From Eubacteriales bacterium (GTDB lineage Bacteria; Bacillota; Clostridia; Oscillospirales; UMGS1783), in NCBI GenBank assembly GCA_045599805.1, contig JAZRWQ010000107.1, positions 1 to 33,638 of the forward strand: 33,638 nt of DNA, given 5' to 3'. The position numbers and the translations under genes are program-made. Shown in pieces: positions 1 through 8,418 of the stretch (position 1 is its first letter; each line of letters begins with the position of its first letter). The notes under the pieces are model-generated. The model was not told the DNA's origin, searched no databases, and saw only the letters and a list, made by a program, of their open reading frames with translations.

Positions 1-1196
1 AATCCGAAGGTATCGTAAAGCTTGAAAGCGTTTTCGCCGGAAAGCATCTTTTCTCCCTTGGAATTCATCTCGCTTTCCATTACTTCCAGCTGGTTGAGGC
101 CCAGATCCAAAGAACGGTTGAAGCTTTCTTCCTCATTAAGAATAACCTTTTTGATATAATCTCTCTTTTCATTAAGTTCCGGATATGCATTGATATTTTC
201 ATTTATTACGGTATCACAAACTTCGCTTAAGAAAAGTCTGTTGATGCCGAGCAATTTACCGTGACGGGCGGCACGGCGCAGCAGACGGCGAAGAACATAG
301 CCTCTGCCGTTGTTGGAAGGGATAACGCCGTCGCCTATCATGAAGGTAGTGCTTCTGATATGGTCGGTAACAACACGAAGACTTACGTCCTTCTTTTCAT
401 CGGCACCGTATTCAACACCTGCAATACGGGAAATATGCTTCATTATATTCTGAACGGTATCAACCTCAAACAGGTTATTAACTCCCTGCATAACACAGGC
501 AAGACGCTCAAGTCCCATACCGGTATCGATATTGGGATGAGCCAGACGAGTATAATTACCGTTGCCGTCACTGTCGAACTGCGTGAATACGTTATTCCAT
601 ATTTCACAGTATCTGTCGCAATCGCAGCCTACACCGCAGGTCGGGCTGCCGCAGCCGTATTTCTCGCCTCTGTCAAAGTAGATTTCGGAGCAGGGACCGC
701 AAGGGCCGGTGCCATGCTCCCAGAAGTTATCATCCTTGCCGAGTCTTACCATACGTTCAGGCTTAACACCGACATTCTTGGTCCAGATCTCGTAAGCCTC
801 ATCATCCTCTTCATAGATGGAAACCCATAATTTTTCTTCGGGGATTTCCAGAACCTTGGTTAAAAATTCCCACGCCCATGCAGTTGCCTCGGTCTTAAAA
901 TAATCACCGAAGGAGAAATTGCCCAGCATTTCGAAATATGTGCCGTGACGTGCGGTTTTGCCTACACGCTCAATATCCGGAGTACGGATGCACTTCTGGC
1001 AGGTAGTTACTCTCTTGCGCGGAGGAGTAATTTCGCCGGTGAAGTATTTCTTCATGGGCGCCATGCCGGAGTTGATTAAAAGCAGGGATTTATCGTTCTT
1101 TGGAACAAGAGAAAATGAGTTTAAGCGAAGATGATCTTTTGACTCAAAGAAAGACAAGAATTTTTCTCTGAGATCATTCAAAGAAGTCCATTCCAT
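1..1196 (-). CDS. alaS: Alanine--tRNA ligase, 5' part (runs off the window edge)
   Basis: Hand translation from ATG at 1196: [22 protein letters not shown]...[17 protein letters not shown]...[19 protein letters not shown]...AFKLYDTFG, all AlaRS signature segments. GGAGGT SD at about 1205-1210. Not in the ORF track because the stop lies outside the window. Confidence 0.98.
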   Translation of the reverse strand, partial: MEWTSLNDLREKFLSFFESKDHLRLNSFSLVPKNDKSLLLINSGMAPMKKYFTGEITPPRKRVTTCQKCIRTPDIERVGKTARHGTYFEMLGNFSFGDYFKTEATAWAWEFLTKVLEIPEEKLWVSIYEEDDEAYEIWTKNVGVKPERMVRLGKDDNFWEHGTGPCGPCSEIYFDRGEKYGCGSPTCGVGCDCDRYCEIWNNVFTQFDSDGNGNYTRLAHPNIDTGMGLERLACVMQGVNNLFEVDTVQNIMKHISRIAGVEYGADEKKDVSLRVVTDHIRSTTFMIGDGVIPSNNGRGYVLRRLLRRAARHGKLLGINRLFLSEVCDTVINENINAYPELNEKRDYIKKVILNEEESFNRSLDLGLNQLEVMESEMNSKGEKMLSGENAFKLYDTFG

Positions 1197-1215
1197 TTTT
1201 GTTTACCTCCAAAAT

Positions 1216-1244
1216 AAAAACGTCCCCTGGAAAACCAAGGGACG
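1216..1244 (-). terminator. T-box attenuator terminator
   Basis: CGTCCCTTGG-TTTT-CCAGGGGACG followed by TTTTT on the minus strand; its 5' arm can alternatively pair with the T-box sequence. Confidence 0.9.
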
Positions 1245-1430
1245 AATAAAATACCGTGTTACCACCCAAGTTGCACATAGTGCCGCTCATTACCCTTTAA
1301 CGCAGGAATACGCCGCCTTTTTCAAGGAGAGCTCCGGGGCAGCACCTGCACATTTCCCGCAAGGACTTCTCAGCTTCCGCCCTCTCTCTGAATCGGAAAT
1401 ACATGGCAGGCATCCCTTTCAACGCCTTTT
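1216..1430 (-). promoter_or_regulatory. T-box riboswitch leader of alaS (Ala specifier)
   Basis: Minus strand shows the stem I start GCGTTGAAAGGG, AG-box AGAGAG and GCTGAGA loop motif. A candidate GCT specifier precedes GCCCCGGAGC. T-box AACTTGGGTGGTAACACGG at 1254-1272, then a terminator. Confidence 0.95.
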
Positions 1431-1443
1431 ACATACGCTATAT

Positions 1444-1472
1444 ATTATAAGTAAAACCTTATAATATGTCAA
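1444..1472 (-). promoter_or_regulatory. Sigma-A promoter of the alaS T-box leader
   Basis: Perfect TTGACA (1467-1472), 17-nt spacer, TATAAT (1444-1449). Confidence 0.9.
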
Positions 1473-1485
1473 CACCTTTTTAATC

Positions 1486-1497
1486 AAATATTGACTA
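1486..1497 (+). repeat. 12-bp direct repeat AAATATTGACTA, left copy
   Basis: Identical to 3648-3659; contains the TAG stop of the GH gene. Confidence 0.6.
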
Positions 1498-3582
1498 TTC
1501 GAGAACTATTACGCAGGGAGCGAGAGATTTAACGGGAACGTTTAACTTAAGCTTATCACCGTCAAGCGAATATTCAACATCAACTAAACCGCCTATTCCG
1601 TCATAAGCCTTTACGGAGTTGAACTTAACGCCGAATTTAACGCAGTCAACAACTACGTCCCTCTGCTCATCACGGGAAGAAAGATTATACATGCATATAA
1701 CGGACTTATCTTTGTTTTCGCTTACATGAAGATGCGTTGTAGGCGAAATGCCGTAGAAGGTACCGCGGGCAAATACGGACTTATACTGATGATAAAGTTT
1801 CATTGCGCTTTGCAATTTGGGATAGCGAGGATCATCATATTTTATGCCGCCGATACCCAGATGACGCGTTGTGGAAATATACCACCACAGCGAAATAAGG
1901 TTAGCATTATCGCTGTTTTCGTTTATATGCAGATACAATGGCAGAGAAGACGCCATATTATACTCATAAAGCGATGCGGCTTTCCCCGTTACAAGATCAT
2001 ACATAGGATTCCACATAAGCTCGTATCCCCAGTTTTCATCATAGGAGTACTCTCCACCGTGCTGGAAATACATCTGGTTATAATCGGTAAGACCGCCCAC
2101 GATTCTGTCGTGTGCCTCAATAAGTACATTGGGATTGGCCTTTTTCACGTTATGAATAACGCGCATGATATTTTCAGCCTGTGTCTGCTTGAACATAGGC
2201 GTTTCATGACCGTGGGTGGGATCCATGCAACCCTTTTCATTTTCATCGCCGTACTGAGTAAAATCGAACATAAAGAAGTCCACACCGCCATCTACCAGTT
2301 CCAGCAGTCTGCGGGTTTTCTCTCTTACCCATACTTCATTCGGGCAGAAGGAATGAGTAGCGGGAATACCGAATTCCTTTCTCTTGCCGTCCGCGCCGTG
2401 AAGATAAAACTCTTCCGTTTCGTTTTCTGAAACAAAGGTCATCATAAGATGCAAAGCAACCTTCAGGCCGTATTTATTATGTATCGTGTCGCAGAAATCG
2501 CTGAATTTACCAAGACGCTGTTCATCCCAGATGGTAGCTCCAGGGAAAATATCCCAGCCGGGATCGAGATACAGACTTTCCGCTCCGGCATCCTTTGCCA
2601 AAGCAGCCTCCGCATACAGATTATCCAGCGTATAAAGCCCTACCGATTCTCCGTCACTCATGAAGCCGCCCTCGTCATTCTCGGCAAACCAGCCGAGGTT
2701 ATAAAGCTCGTTCCAATGAACAGGCGGACTGTAATTCTGCGGGAATGAGTGACCTTTAGATTCAAGGTGTTCTCTGTAAGTATAATAACCCTGTTCAAAA
2801 CCGCCTTCGAATACGGTATAGCGCTGTGTACCGAAGGTATGACTTTCACCGGATTTATAACGAAGACCTTTTTCGGGATTACCGTCAAACACGGAAACTC
2901 CGCCGAAAATTATGCCGACATCCTCCCTGCCTCTGCCGGGAAGAGTATATGCCTCTCTGTCAAAACGGGTATATTCTATTTCATCGCGGTTGTATTTGCA
3001 GGTAAGCATGCCGCCGCTATCGCCCATCCAAAGCCAGCCTTCATCGAAATAACCGGGCAGCTTTTTATTGGGATTACTGTCAATCCACAGCGGCATAATT
3101 ATATCGGACGCAAGATATATATCCTTTCTGCGGTCGATTCTCTGAGAGCGGAAACGGCGTGTCGGAACACTCATCAGCTTATACTCATCCAAATTATCGC
3201 ACCAACCGTCAGCCTGCGTAAATATTAGCTTACGAAAGCCGAAATTTATATCCTTTAATTCACTGTCAAACTCACCGTTGTTCGTAATGGAAACGGTTTC
3301 ATCGAGCCATTTCCCGTCTTCGCTTTTTGCGAATTTCTGAACAAAAGAATAGGTGCTTCCGTCTATATCTCCGGTAACGGTAACGATATCTTTATCCTGT
3401 GCTACGGTACGGTTAACAGCGCCGTCGCAAACCCTACCGTTCCATAGAGTAACGCAGTAGCGGTAGTCGAGATCGGACATTGTTTTGCCGTTTTTCAAAT
3501 CCTTAAAAACATAGGAAAATTTGCCGTTTTCATTTCCGATGGAAAATTCCCAGCCGTCAGCTTTTATATACGCCGTATTCAA
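1495..3582 (-). CDS. Putative glycoside hydrolase, GH36/clan GH-D-like TIM barrel, divergent; probably cytoplasmic
   Basis: 695 aa, TTG start with GGAGGT SD (3590-3595). Segments parallel GH36: VHWNELY, AKDAGAESLYLDPGW, YGLKVALHL, GVDFFMFDF, PNVLIEAH. No signal peptide seen. Confidence 0.7.
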   Translation of the reverse strand: MNTAYIKADGWEFSIGNENGKFSYVFKDLKNGKTMSDLDYRYCVTLWNGRVCDGAVNRTVAQDKDIVTVTGDIDGSTYSFVQKFAKSEDGKWLDETVSITNNGEFDSELKDINFGFRKLIFTQADGWCDNLDEYKLMSVPTRRFRSQRIDRRKDIYLASDIIMPLWIDSNPNKKLPGYFDEGWLWMGDSGGMLTCKYNRDEIEYTRFDREAYTLPGRGREDVGIIFGGVSVFDGNPEKGLRYKSGESHTFGTQRYTVFEGGFEQGYYTYREHLESKGHSFPQNYSPPVHWNELYNLGWFAENDEGGFMSDGESVGLYTLDNLYAEAALAKDAGAESLYLDPGWDIFPGATIWDEQRLGKFSDFCDTIHNKYGLKVALHLMMTFVSENETEEFYLHGADGKRKEFGIPATHSFCPNEVWVREKTRRLLELVDGGVDFFMFDFTQYGDENEKGCMDPTHGHETPMFKQTQAENIMRVIHNVKKANPNVLIEAHDRIVGGLTDYNQMYFQHGGEYSYDENWGYELMWNPMYDLVTGKAASLYEYNMASSLPLYLHINENSDNANLISLWWYISTTRHLGIGGIKYDDPRYPKLQSAMKLYHQYKSVFARGTFYGISPTTHLHVSENKDKSVICMYNLSSRDEQRDVVVDCVKFGVKFNSVKAYDGIGGLVDVEYSLDGDKLKLNVPVKSLAPCVIVLE

Positions 3583-3614
3583 TGCAGATACCTCCGATAA
3601 TTTATTATATAATC

Positions 3615-3643
3615 ATTGTAAATAACAAAATGCTGACTGTCAA
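3615..3643 (-). promoter_or_regulatory. Sigma-A promoter of the GH gene
   Basis: TTGACA (3638-3643), 17 nt, TACAAT (3615-3620). Confidence 0.75.
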
Positions 3644-3647
3644 CAAT

Positions 3648-3659
3648 AAATATTGACTA
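3648..3659 (+). repeat. 12-bp direct repeat AAATATTGACTA, right copy
   Basis: Identical to 1486-1497; contains the -35 box of the nfo-like promoter. Confidence 0.6.
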
Positions 3660-3681
3660 ATAAGTCGAAAAAACTTAAAAT
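3653..3681 (+). promoter_or_regulatory. Sigma-A promoter of the nfo-like gene
   Basis: TTGACT (3653-3658), 17 nt, TAAAAT (3676-3681). Confidence 0.75.
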
Positions 3682-3702
3682 AAGTATATTGGGAGGGATA
3701 AT

Positions 3703-4557
3703 ATGAACGCATTATTCGGTACGGCAGGCACACCGGATGACTTCCGCGAAAAGGGATTTAAAGCGGCGGTGCAGGTGCCGGGATATCTTAAGGATTTGGG
3801 CATTGATGCCTATGAATACCAGTGCGGCAGAGGAGTAAATGTTTCCGAGGCTACGGCAAACGCCATAGGCAAAAAAGCTTACGAACACGGGATCATGCTT
3901 TCGCTTCACACACCGTACTACATTTCGCTTTCCTCTGTTAACGAGGAAACAAGACTTAAAAGCATTGACTACATACTGCAGTCGGCAAAAGCCGCTAAGG
4001 CTATGGGTGCCGACAGAATAGTCGTGCACAGCGGTTCGTGCGGCAAAATGACAAGAGAAGAAGCCTTAGAGCTTGCAAAAGACACTATAAAGCGATCTCT
4101 TGCAGCGCTTGACGAAAACGGTCTCGGCGACATTATCGTATGCCCCGAAACGATGGGCAAAATAAACCAGCTGGGCAATGCGGACGAGGTTGCGGAGCTT
4201 TGCAAAATTGACGAAAGACTGATACCAACCATAGACTTCGGGCATCTCAACGCAAGAACTCACGGCAGCATTAAAACAATGGATGACTATGCCGCAATAC
4301 TCGATAAATACGAAAACGCGATAGGACATGACCGCACATCGATATTCCATTCGCATTTCTCGAAAATTGAATACTCGGCAGGCGGAGAGGTTTGCCATCT
4401 CACCTTTTCCGATACGACCTACGGTCCGGATTATGAACCGCTGTTGGAGCTTATATACAAGCGCGGCTATTCCCCCGTTATCATAAGCGAGTCGGCAGGA
4501 ACGCAGGGCTGGGATGCATTGGCAATGAAAAAATACTACCAAAGCTTATTTAAGTAA
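3703..4557 (+). CDS. nfo: Endonuclease IV-like (AP endonuclease family 2) TIM-barrel protein
   Basis: Metal-ligand motifs HTPYYISL, VVHSG, PETMGK, DFGH, HSHFS; GGGAGG SD. Confidence 0.8.
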   Translation: MNALFGTAGTPDDFREKGFKAAVQVPGYLKDLGIDAYEYQCGRGVNVSEATANAIGKKAYEHGIMLSLHTPYYISLSSVNEETRLKSIDYILQSAKAAKAMGADRIVVHSGSCGKMTREEALELAKDTIKRSLAALDENGLGDIIVCPETMGKINQLGNADEVAELCKIDERLIPTIDFGHLNARTHGSIKTMDDYAAILDKYENAIGHDRTSIFHSHFSKIEYSAGGEVCHLTFSDTTYGPDYEPLLELIYKRGYSPVIISESAGTQGWDALAMKKYYQSLFK

Positions 4558-4565
4558 AAAAACTC

Positions 4566-4594
4566 TTGCATTATAGCTTATAATATTGTAAACT
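4566..4594 (+). promoter_or_regulatory. Putative sigma-A promoter of efp
   Basis: TTGCAT, 17 nt, TAAACT. Confidence 0.55.
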
Positions 4595-4643
4595 ATTATG
4601 AGAATAATTTTATTATCAAAAACAATTTTTTTGGAGGTTCAAT

Positions 4644-5201
4644 ATGGTATCCGCAGGTGATTTCCGTAATGGCGTAACTTTTGAAATGAACGATAACATC
4701 TATACTATCGTTGAATTTCAGCATGTAAAACCCGGTAAGGGCGCAGCTTTCGTAAGAGCAAAAATCAAGAATGTTATTACCGTAGCAGTAACCGAAACTA
4801 CTTTCAACCCTTCCGACAAATTCCCCACTGCTTTCGTTGAAAGAAAAGATATGGAATATCTTTACAACGACGGCGAGCTCTATTACTTCATGGATCCCGA
4901 ATCCTATGAACAGATTCCTCTTAATGCAAGCACTCTTTCCGACAACTTCAAGTTCGTTAAGGAAAACACCGTTTGCAAGATCCTGTCCGTTAAAGGCAAC
5001 GTTTTCGGCGTAGAGCCCCCTTATTTCATTGACCTTAAGGTTATTGAGACCGAACCCGGATTCAAGGGCGACACCGCTACTAACGTGACCAAGCCCGCAA
5101 CTTTGGAAACCGGCGCTCAGATTAAGGTTCCCCTCTTCATCGAAGAAGGCGAAATGATCAGAGTTGATACCAGAGTCGGCGAATACATGGAAAGAGCATA
5201 A
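4644..5201 (+). CDS. efp: Elongation factor P
   Basis: [31 protein letters not shown] motifs; GGAGG SD. Confidence 0.98.
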   Translation: MVSAGDFRNGVTFEMNDNIYTIVEFQHVKPGKGAAFVRAKIKNVITVAVTETTFNPSDKFPTAFVERKDMEYLYNDGELYYFMDPESYEQIPLNASTLSDNFKFVKENTVCKILSVKGNVFGVEPPYFIDLKVIETEPGFKGDTATNVTKPATLETGAQIKVPLFIEEGEMIRVDTRVGEYMERA

Positions 5202-5243
5202 ATTTCAATTTCCGATTAATAATAAAAACAAGGAGGCGCTATT

Positions 5244-5672
5244 ATGATGACATTAACTGAAAAAGCAGCTTATATCAAGGGTATGATGGAAGGCATGAAA
5301 TTTGATACGGAATCCAATGAGGGCAAACTCATTTCCGCTATCGTTGACATGCTTGACGAAATTGCACTTTCCGTTGCAGACCTTGAAGATACTACCGCTG
5401 AGCTTGATGAATACATCGAGGAAGTCGATGAAGATTTAGGCGCACTTGAAGAAGATATTTACGGCGACGATTTTGAAGAATGCGACGGCAACTGCGAAAA
5501 TTGCGACGAGGAATGTGATGATGACGATAACGGCTATCATTATCAGACCGAATGTCCCGAATGCGGCGAACCCGTTCTGCTTGATGACGAAATCCTCGAA
5601 GACGGCGTTTTCGAATGCCCTCATTGCGGCAAAGAAATCAATTTTGATGACGACGTAACCGTAGAAGAATAA
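5244..5672 (+). CDS. Acidic CD1247-like protein with C-terminal zinc ribbon
   Basis: EKAAYIKGMMEG...EVDEDL N-terminus, CPEC/CPHC pair, position directly after efp as is usual in Clostridia; AAGGAGG SD. Confidence 0.8.
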   Translation: MMTLTEKAAYIKGMMEGMKFDTESNEGKLISAIVDMLDEIALSVADLEDTTAELDEYIEEVDEDLGALEEDIYGDDFEECDGNCENCDEECDDDDNGYHYQTECPECGEPVLLDDEILEDGVFECPHCGKEINFDDDVTVEE

Positions 5673-5684
5673 TCTTAAAAAATC

Positions 5685-5718
5685 AATTCCCCTCTTCAGA
5701 CGAAGAGGGGAATTTTTT
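5685..5718 (+). terminator. Rho-independent terminator, possibly bidirectional
   Basis: AATTCCCCTCTTC-AGAC-GAAGAGGGGAATT then TTTT; A-run on the other side; lies between convergent genes. Confidence 0.9.
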
Positions 5719-5801
5719 ATGTCGAACGGAAACCTATTTCGATTTTTCAAACATATTCAGATATTATACCGAGCCCGGATACAAAACGACGAAGACCGCG
5801 A

Positions 5802-6971
5802 TCAGTATATTATCGGGAAGTCTTTGTATTCGAAATCGTATCCAATTGGATTTTTGTAAAAACCGTACGTACTTCCGTCGATTTTTATATCGGAATATAT
5901 TTGGGGTTTTATAATATAATCGTCCGTTTTGGCCGCCTTTTCAATGACATACATAGCCGATGTGTTTTTGATTTTCTTCCAGCATTCAGATGCCGTTTTT
6001 CTAAGCCCGAGAAGCCTTAAATACTCGGGATGGGAACTGCCCTCAAGGCCGAGAAGTGAACAAATGATTATCCGGCGAAGCCGTGAATGTGTATAGCGCT
6101 TTGATTTTGCAGCATCTATAAGCTCATCAAGTGTTTTGCATACAGCCGCCTCTGAAATAATTTTATATTCTATTCCCTCTTTAACATCGCGTATTTCGGT
6201 AATATCCGCAGGCGATTTTCTTCTTATGTCACTAAGCAGAGCACGGTTAAACATAGCGTAATCCATTATTTCGCCTTTTTCAATCTCATCCTTTATTATT
6301 CCGTAAACCTTTTCGGGCATATATTGTGAAAAATCAATGCCGTTCAGTATGCAGCTGCGGATAAGAGATGCCGAAGCAAACCCGCCTTCTGAGCTGCATG
6401 AGTCATGCTCTGCCCCACTGCGTTTAACGGTTACGGGAGTGATACTAAAACCGTTTTCGATTATGGCCTTTATATATTCTATTGCAAGAACGTTATTCGG
6501 CTCATCAAGTATCGCCGCACATTCTTCCGAGCTCAACAGAACTGCCCTGCGAAGAGCATTGGGATAGCTTATTCCCTTGCCCATTTCTTCTTTAATCTTA
6601 TCGGAAGTTTCCTTTTTTGCAAGGATATCGGCGCATTTTTTCAACGCATATATATCTCCGCACTCGCTTCCGAATGACAAAAAATCAGCACCGAGCGCAT
6701 TTGCAAGCGTTACTCCGCACCGCGCATAATTCTGCGCAGACTGCAATACGCATCTTGACGGCATTTCGACAACGATATCGGCACCCATGGCAAGTGCCGT
6801 ATCAACTCTTGCTTTTTTAGAAAACATCGCAGGTTCGCTTCTTTGAACAAAACCGCCAGACAAAATAACGGCAACGAAGTCTGCACCCGTCAGCTCTTTT
6901 GTTTTACGAATATGGTATTCATGCCCATTATGAAAGGGATTGTATTCTGCAATAATTGCCGCAACAGTCAT
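5802..6971 (-). CDS. tmcAL: tRNA(Met) cytidine acetate ligase (YlbM/TmcAL family)
   Basis: IIAEYNPFHNGH, FVQR, SFGSE, PNNVLAIEY, SASLIR, KSKRYTHSR motifs. Start moved to ATG 6971 (MTVAAII) with GGGAG SD; the longer track start overlaps promoters. Confidence 0.92.
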   Translation of the reverse strand: MTVAAIIAEYNPFHNGHEYHIRKTKELTGADFVAVILSGGFVQRSEPAMFSKKARVDTALAMGADIVVEMPSRCVLQSAQNYARCGVTLANALGADFLSFGSECGDIYALKKCADILAKKETSDKIKEEMGKGISYPNALRRAVLLSSEECAAILDEPNNVLAIEYIKAIIENGFSITPVTVKRSGAEHDSCSSEGGFASASLIRSCILNGIDFSQYMPEKVYGIIKDEIEKGEIMDYAMFNRALLSDIRRKSPADITEIRDVKEGIEYKIISEAAVCKTLDELIDAAKSKRYTHSRLRRIIICSLLGLEGSSHPEYLRLLGLRKTASECWKKIKNTSAMYVIEKAAKTDDYIIKPQIYSDIKIDGSTYGFYKNPIGYDFEYKDFPIIY

Positions 6972-7008
6972 ATTACGATAAATCTCCCATATAAAATTGC
7001 AAAAATAG

Positions 7009-7037
7009 TTGAATTTTTTCCGCAGTAATATTATAAT
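7009..7037 (+). promoter_or_regulatory. Sigma-A promoter of ackA
   Basis: TTGAAT (7009-7014), 17 nt, TATAAT (7032-7037). Confidence 0.75.
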
Positions 7038-7064
7038 TATAACTGTTCGAGCATTATTACGCAA
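7036..7064 (-). promoter_or_regulatory. Sigma-A promoter of tmcAL
   Basis: TTGCGT (7059-7064), 17 nt, TATAAT (7036-7041). Confidence 0.65.
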
Positions 7065-7092
7065 GTAAAATAAATACACGGAGGTTTATCCA

Positions 7093-8292
7093 ATGAAAAT
7101 CTTAGTAATCAATGCAGGCAGCTCTTCTTTAAAATATCAGCTTATTGATATGGATAATGAGTCTGTTCTTGCAAAAGGCAACTGCGAAAGAATCGGTATT
7201 GACGGTCTTATCGGACACAAGACTGCTGCCGGCGTAAAAATTGAAAAGAATATCGACTTCCCCACTCATAAGGAAGCTTTCATGGCTGTTGTTGATATGC
7301 TTACAAACGGCGAAGGCAAGGTTATTGATGACGTTAAGGAAATCACCGCTGTCGGTCACAGAGTACTCCACGGCAGCGAAGTTTACAAGACTTCCACTTT
7401 GGTAACCGATAAGGTTATTGACGACATTCTTTCTTTCAGAGAACTCGGCCCTCTGCACAATCCACCTCAGGCTATCGCAATGAAGGCTTGCCAGGAAGTA
7501 TTCGGCAAGGATACTCCGATGGTAGCTATCTTCGACACCTCTTTCCATCAGACCATGCCTCCCAAGGCATTCATCTTCGGTGTTCCCTATGAATACTATG
7601 AAAAGTATTCCATCAGAAGATACGGCTTCCACGGCACCAGCCACAGATTTATTTCTCAGAGATACGGCGAGATCATCGGCGGTCTTGAAGGCAAAAAGGT
7701 TATCACCTGCCACCTCGGAAACGGCAGCTCCATTTCCGCAGTAAAAGACGGCAAGTGCTATGATACATCCATGGGCCTCACTCCTCTTGACGGCTTCATC
7801 ATGGGTACCCGTTCCGGCGGTGTTGATCCCTCCGTTGTTACATACATCATGAACAAGGAAGGCCTCAGCGCTGACGAAATGTCCACCATACTCAATAAAA
7901 AATCCGGCTTCCTCGGTCTGTCCGGCGTTTCCAGCGACTGCAGAGACGTTAAGAAGGCTGCAGAAGAAGGCAACGAACGCGCACAGCTCACCATTGACAT
8001 TCTTGTATATCAGATAAAGAAGTTCATCGGCAGCTATGCAGCAGGCATGGGCGGCGTTGACGCAATCATCTTTACCGGCGGTATCGGCGAAAACGATGCC
8101 TCTATCCGTGAAGCCGTATGCTCTGACATGGAGTTCCTCGGTCTTAAGATAGACAAGGCAGTAAACGAAGAATCTTCCAGAAAAGAAGCCAAATTCTCCG
8201 CAGCAGATTCCAAGGTTGAAGCTTGGGTTCTGCCCACCAACGAAGAACTGCTTATCGCAAGAGATACTCTCGAAATCGTTTCCAAGCTGTAA
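7093..8292 (+). CDS. ackA: Acetate kinase
   Basis: ILVINAGSSSLK, GHRVLHG, PLHNP, FDTSFH, YGFHGTSH, HLGNGSS, FTGGIGEN, PTNEE. Confidence 0.98.
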   Translation: MKILVINAGSSSLKYQLIDMDNESVLAKGNCERIGIDGLIGHKTAAGVKIEKNIDFPTHKEAFMAVVDMLTNGEGKVIDDVKEITAVGHRVLHGSEVYKTSTLVTDKVIDDILSFRELGPLHNPPQAIAMKACQEVFGKDTPMVAIFDTSFHQTMPPKAFIFGVPYEYYEKYSIRRYGFHGTSHRFISQRYGEIIGGLEGKKVITCHLGNGSSISAVKDGKCYDTSMGLTPLDGFIMGTRSGGVDPSVVTYIMNKEGLSADEMSTILNKKSGFLGLSGVSSDCRDVKKAAEEGNERAQLTIDILVYQIKKFIGSYAAGMGGVDAIIFTGGIGENDASIREAVCSDMEFLGLKIDKAVNEESSRKEAKFSAADSKVEAWVLPTNEELLIARDTLEIVSKL

Positions 8293-8304
8293 TTCAAATT
8301 TAAG

Positions 8305-8340
8305 AAAGTCCACAGAATTTTCTGTGGACTTTTTTTGTTT
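8305..8340 (+). terminator. Rho-independent terminator after ackA
   Basis: AAAGTCCACAGA-ATTT-TCTGTGGACTTT plus long T tract. Confidence 0.92.
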
Positions 8341-8418
8341 TTTTATCAATAATCAGTATACAAAACGACTAAAATATGATATGATAAAATGAATTCAGAT
8401 TGAAGGGAATGACATTAT

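Noticed and set aside
261-830. 189-aa plus-strand ORF
   Set aside because: Antisense shadow of alaS; no recognisable motifs.
1726-3228. Chain of plus-strand ORFs opposite the GH gene
   Set aside because: Codon-register shadows of the real minus-strand gene; not a split gene.
5720-5770. TGTCGAA 0A-like box and CATATTC after the CD1247-like terminator (possible relic sporulation promoter)
   Set aside because: No plus-strand gene follows; short motifs are expected by chance.
6972-7079. 36-aa N-terminal extension of TmcAL in the ORF track (likewise extensions on the aminotransferase, trmFO, dprA and the response regulator)
   Set aside because: Downstream ATGs have SDs and match family N-termini; the extensions overlap promoters or neighbouring genes.
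7129-8349. 406-aa antisense ORF spanning ackA
   Set aside because: In codon register with a strongly biased gene, which suppresses antisense stops; starts inside the terminator T tract with no SD.
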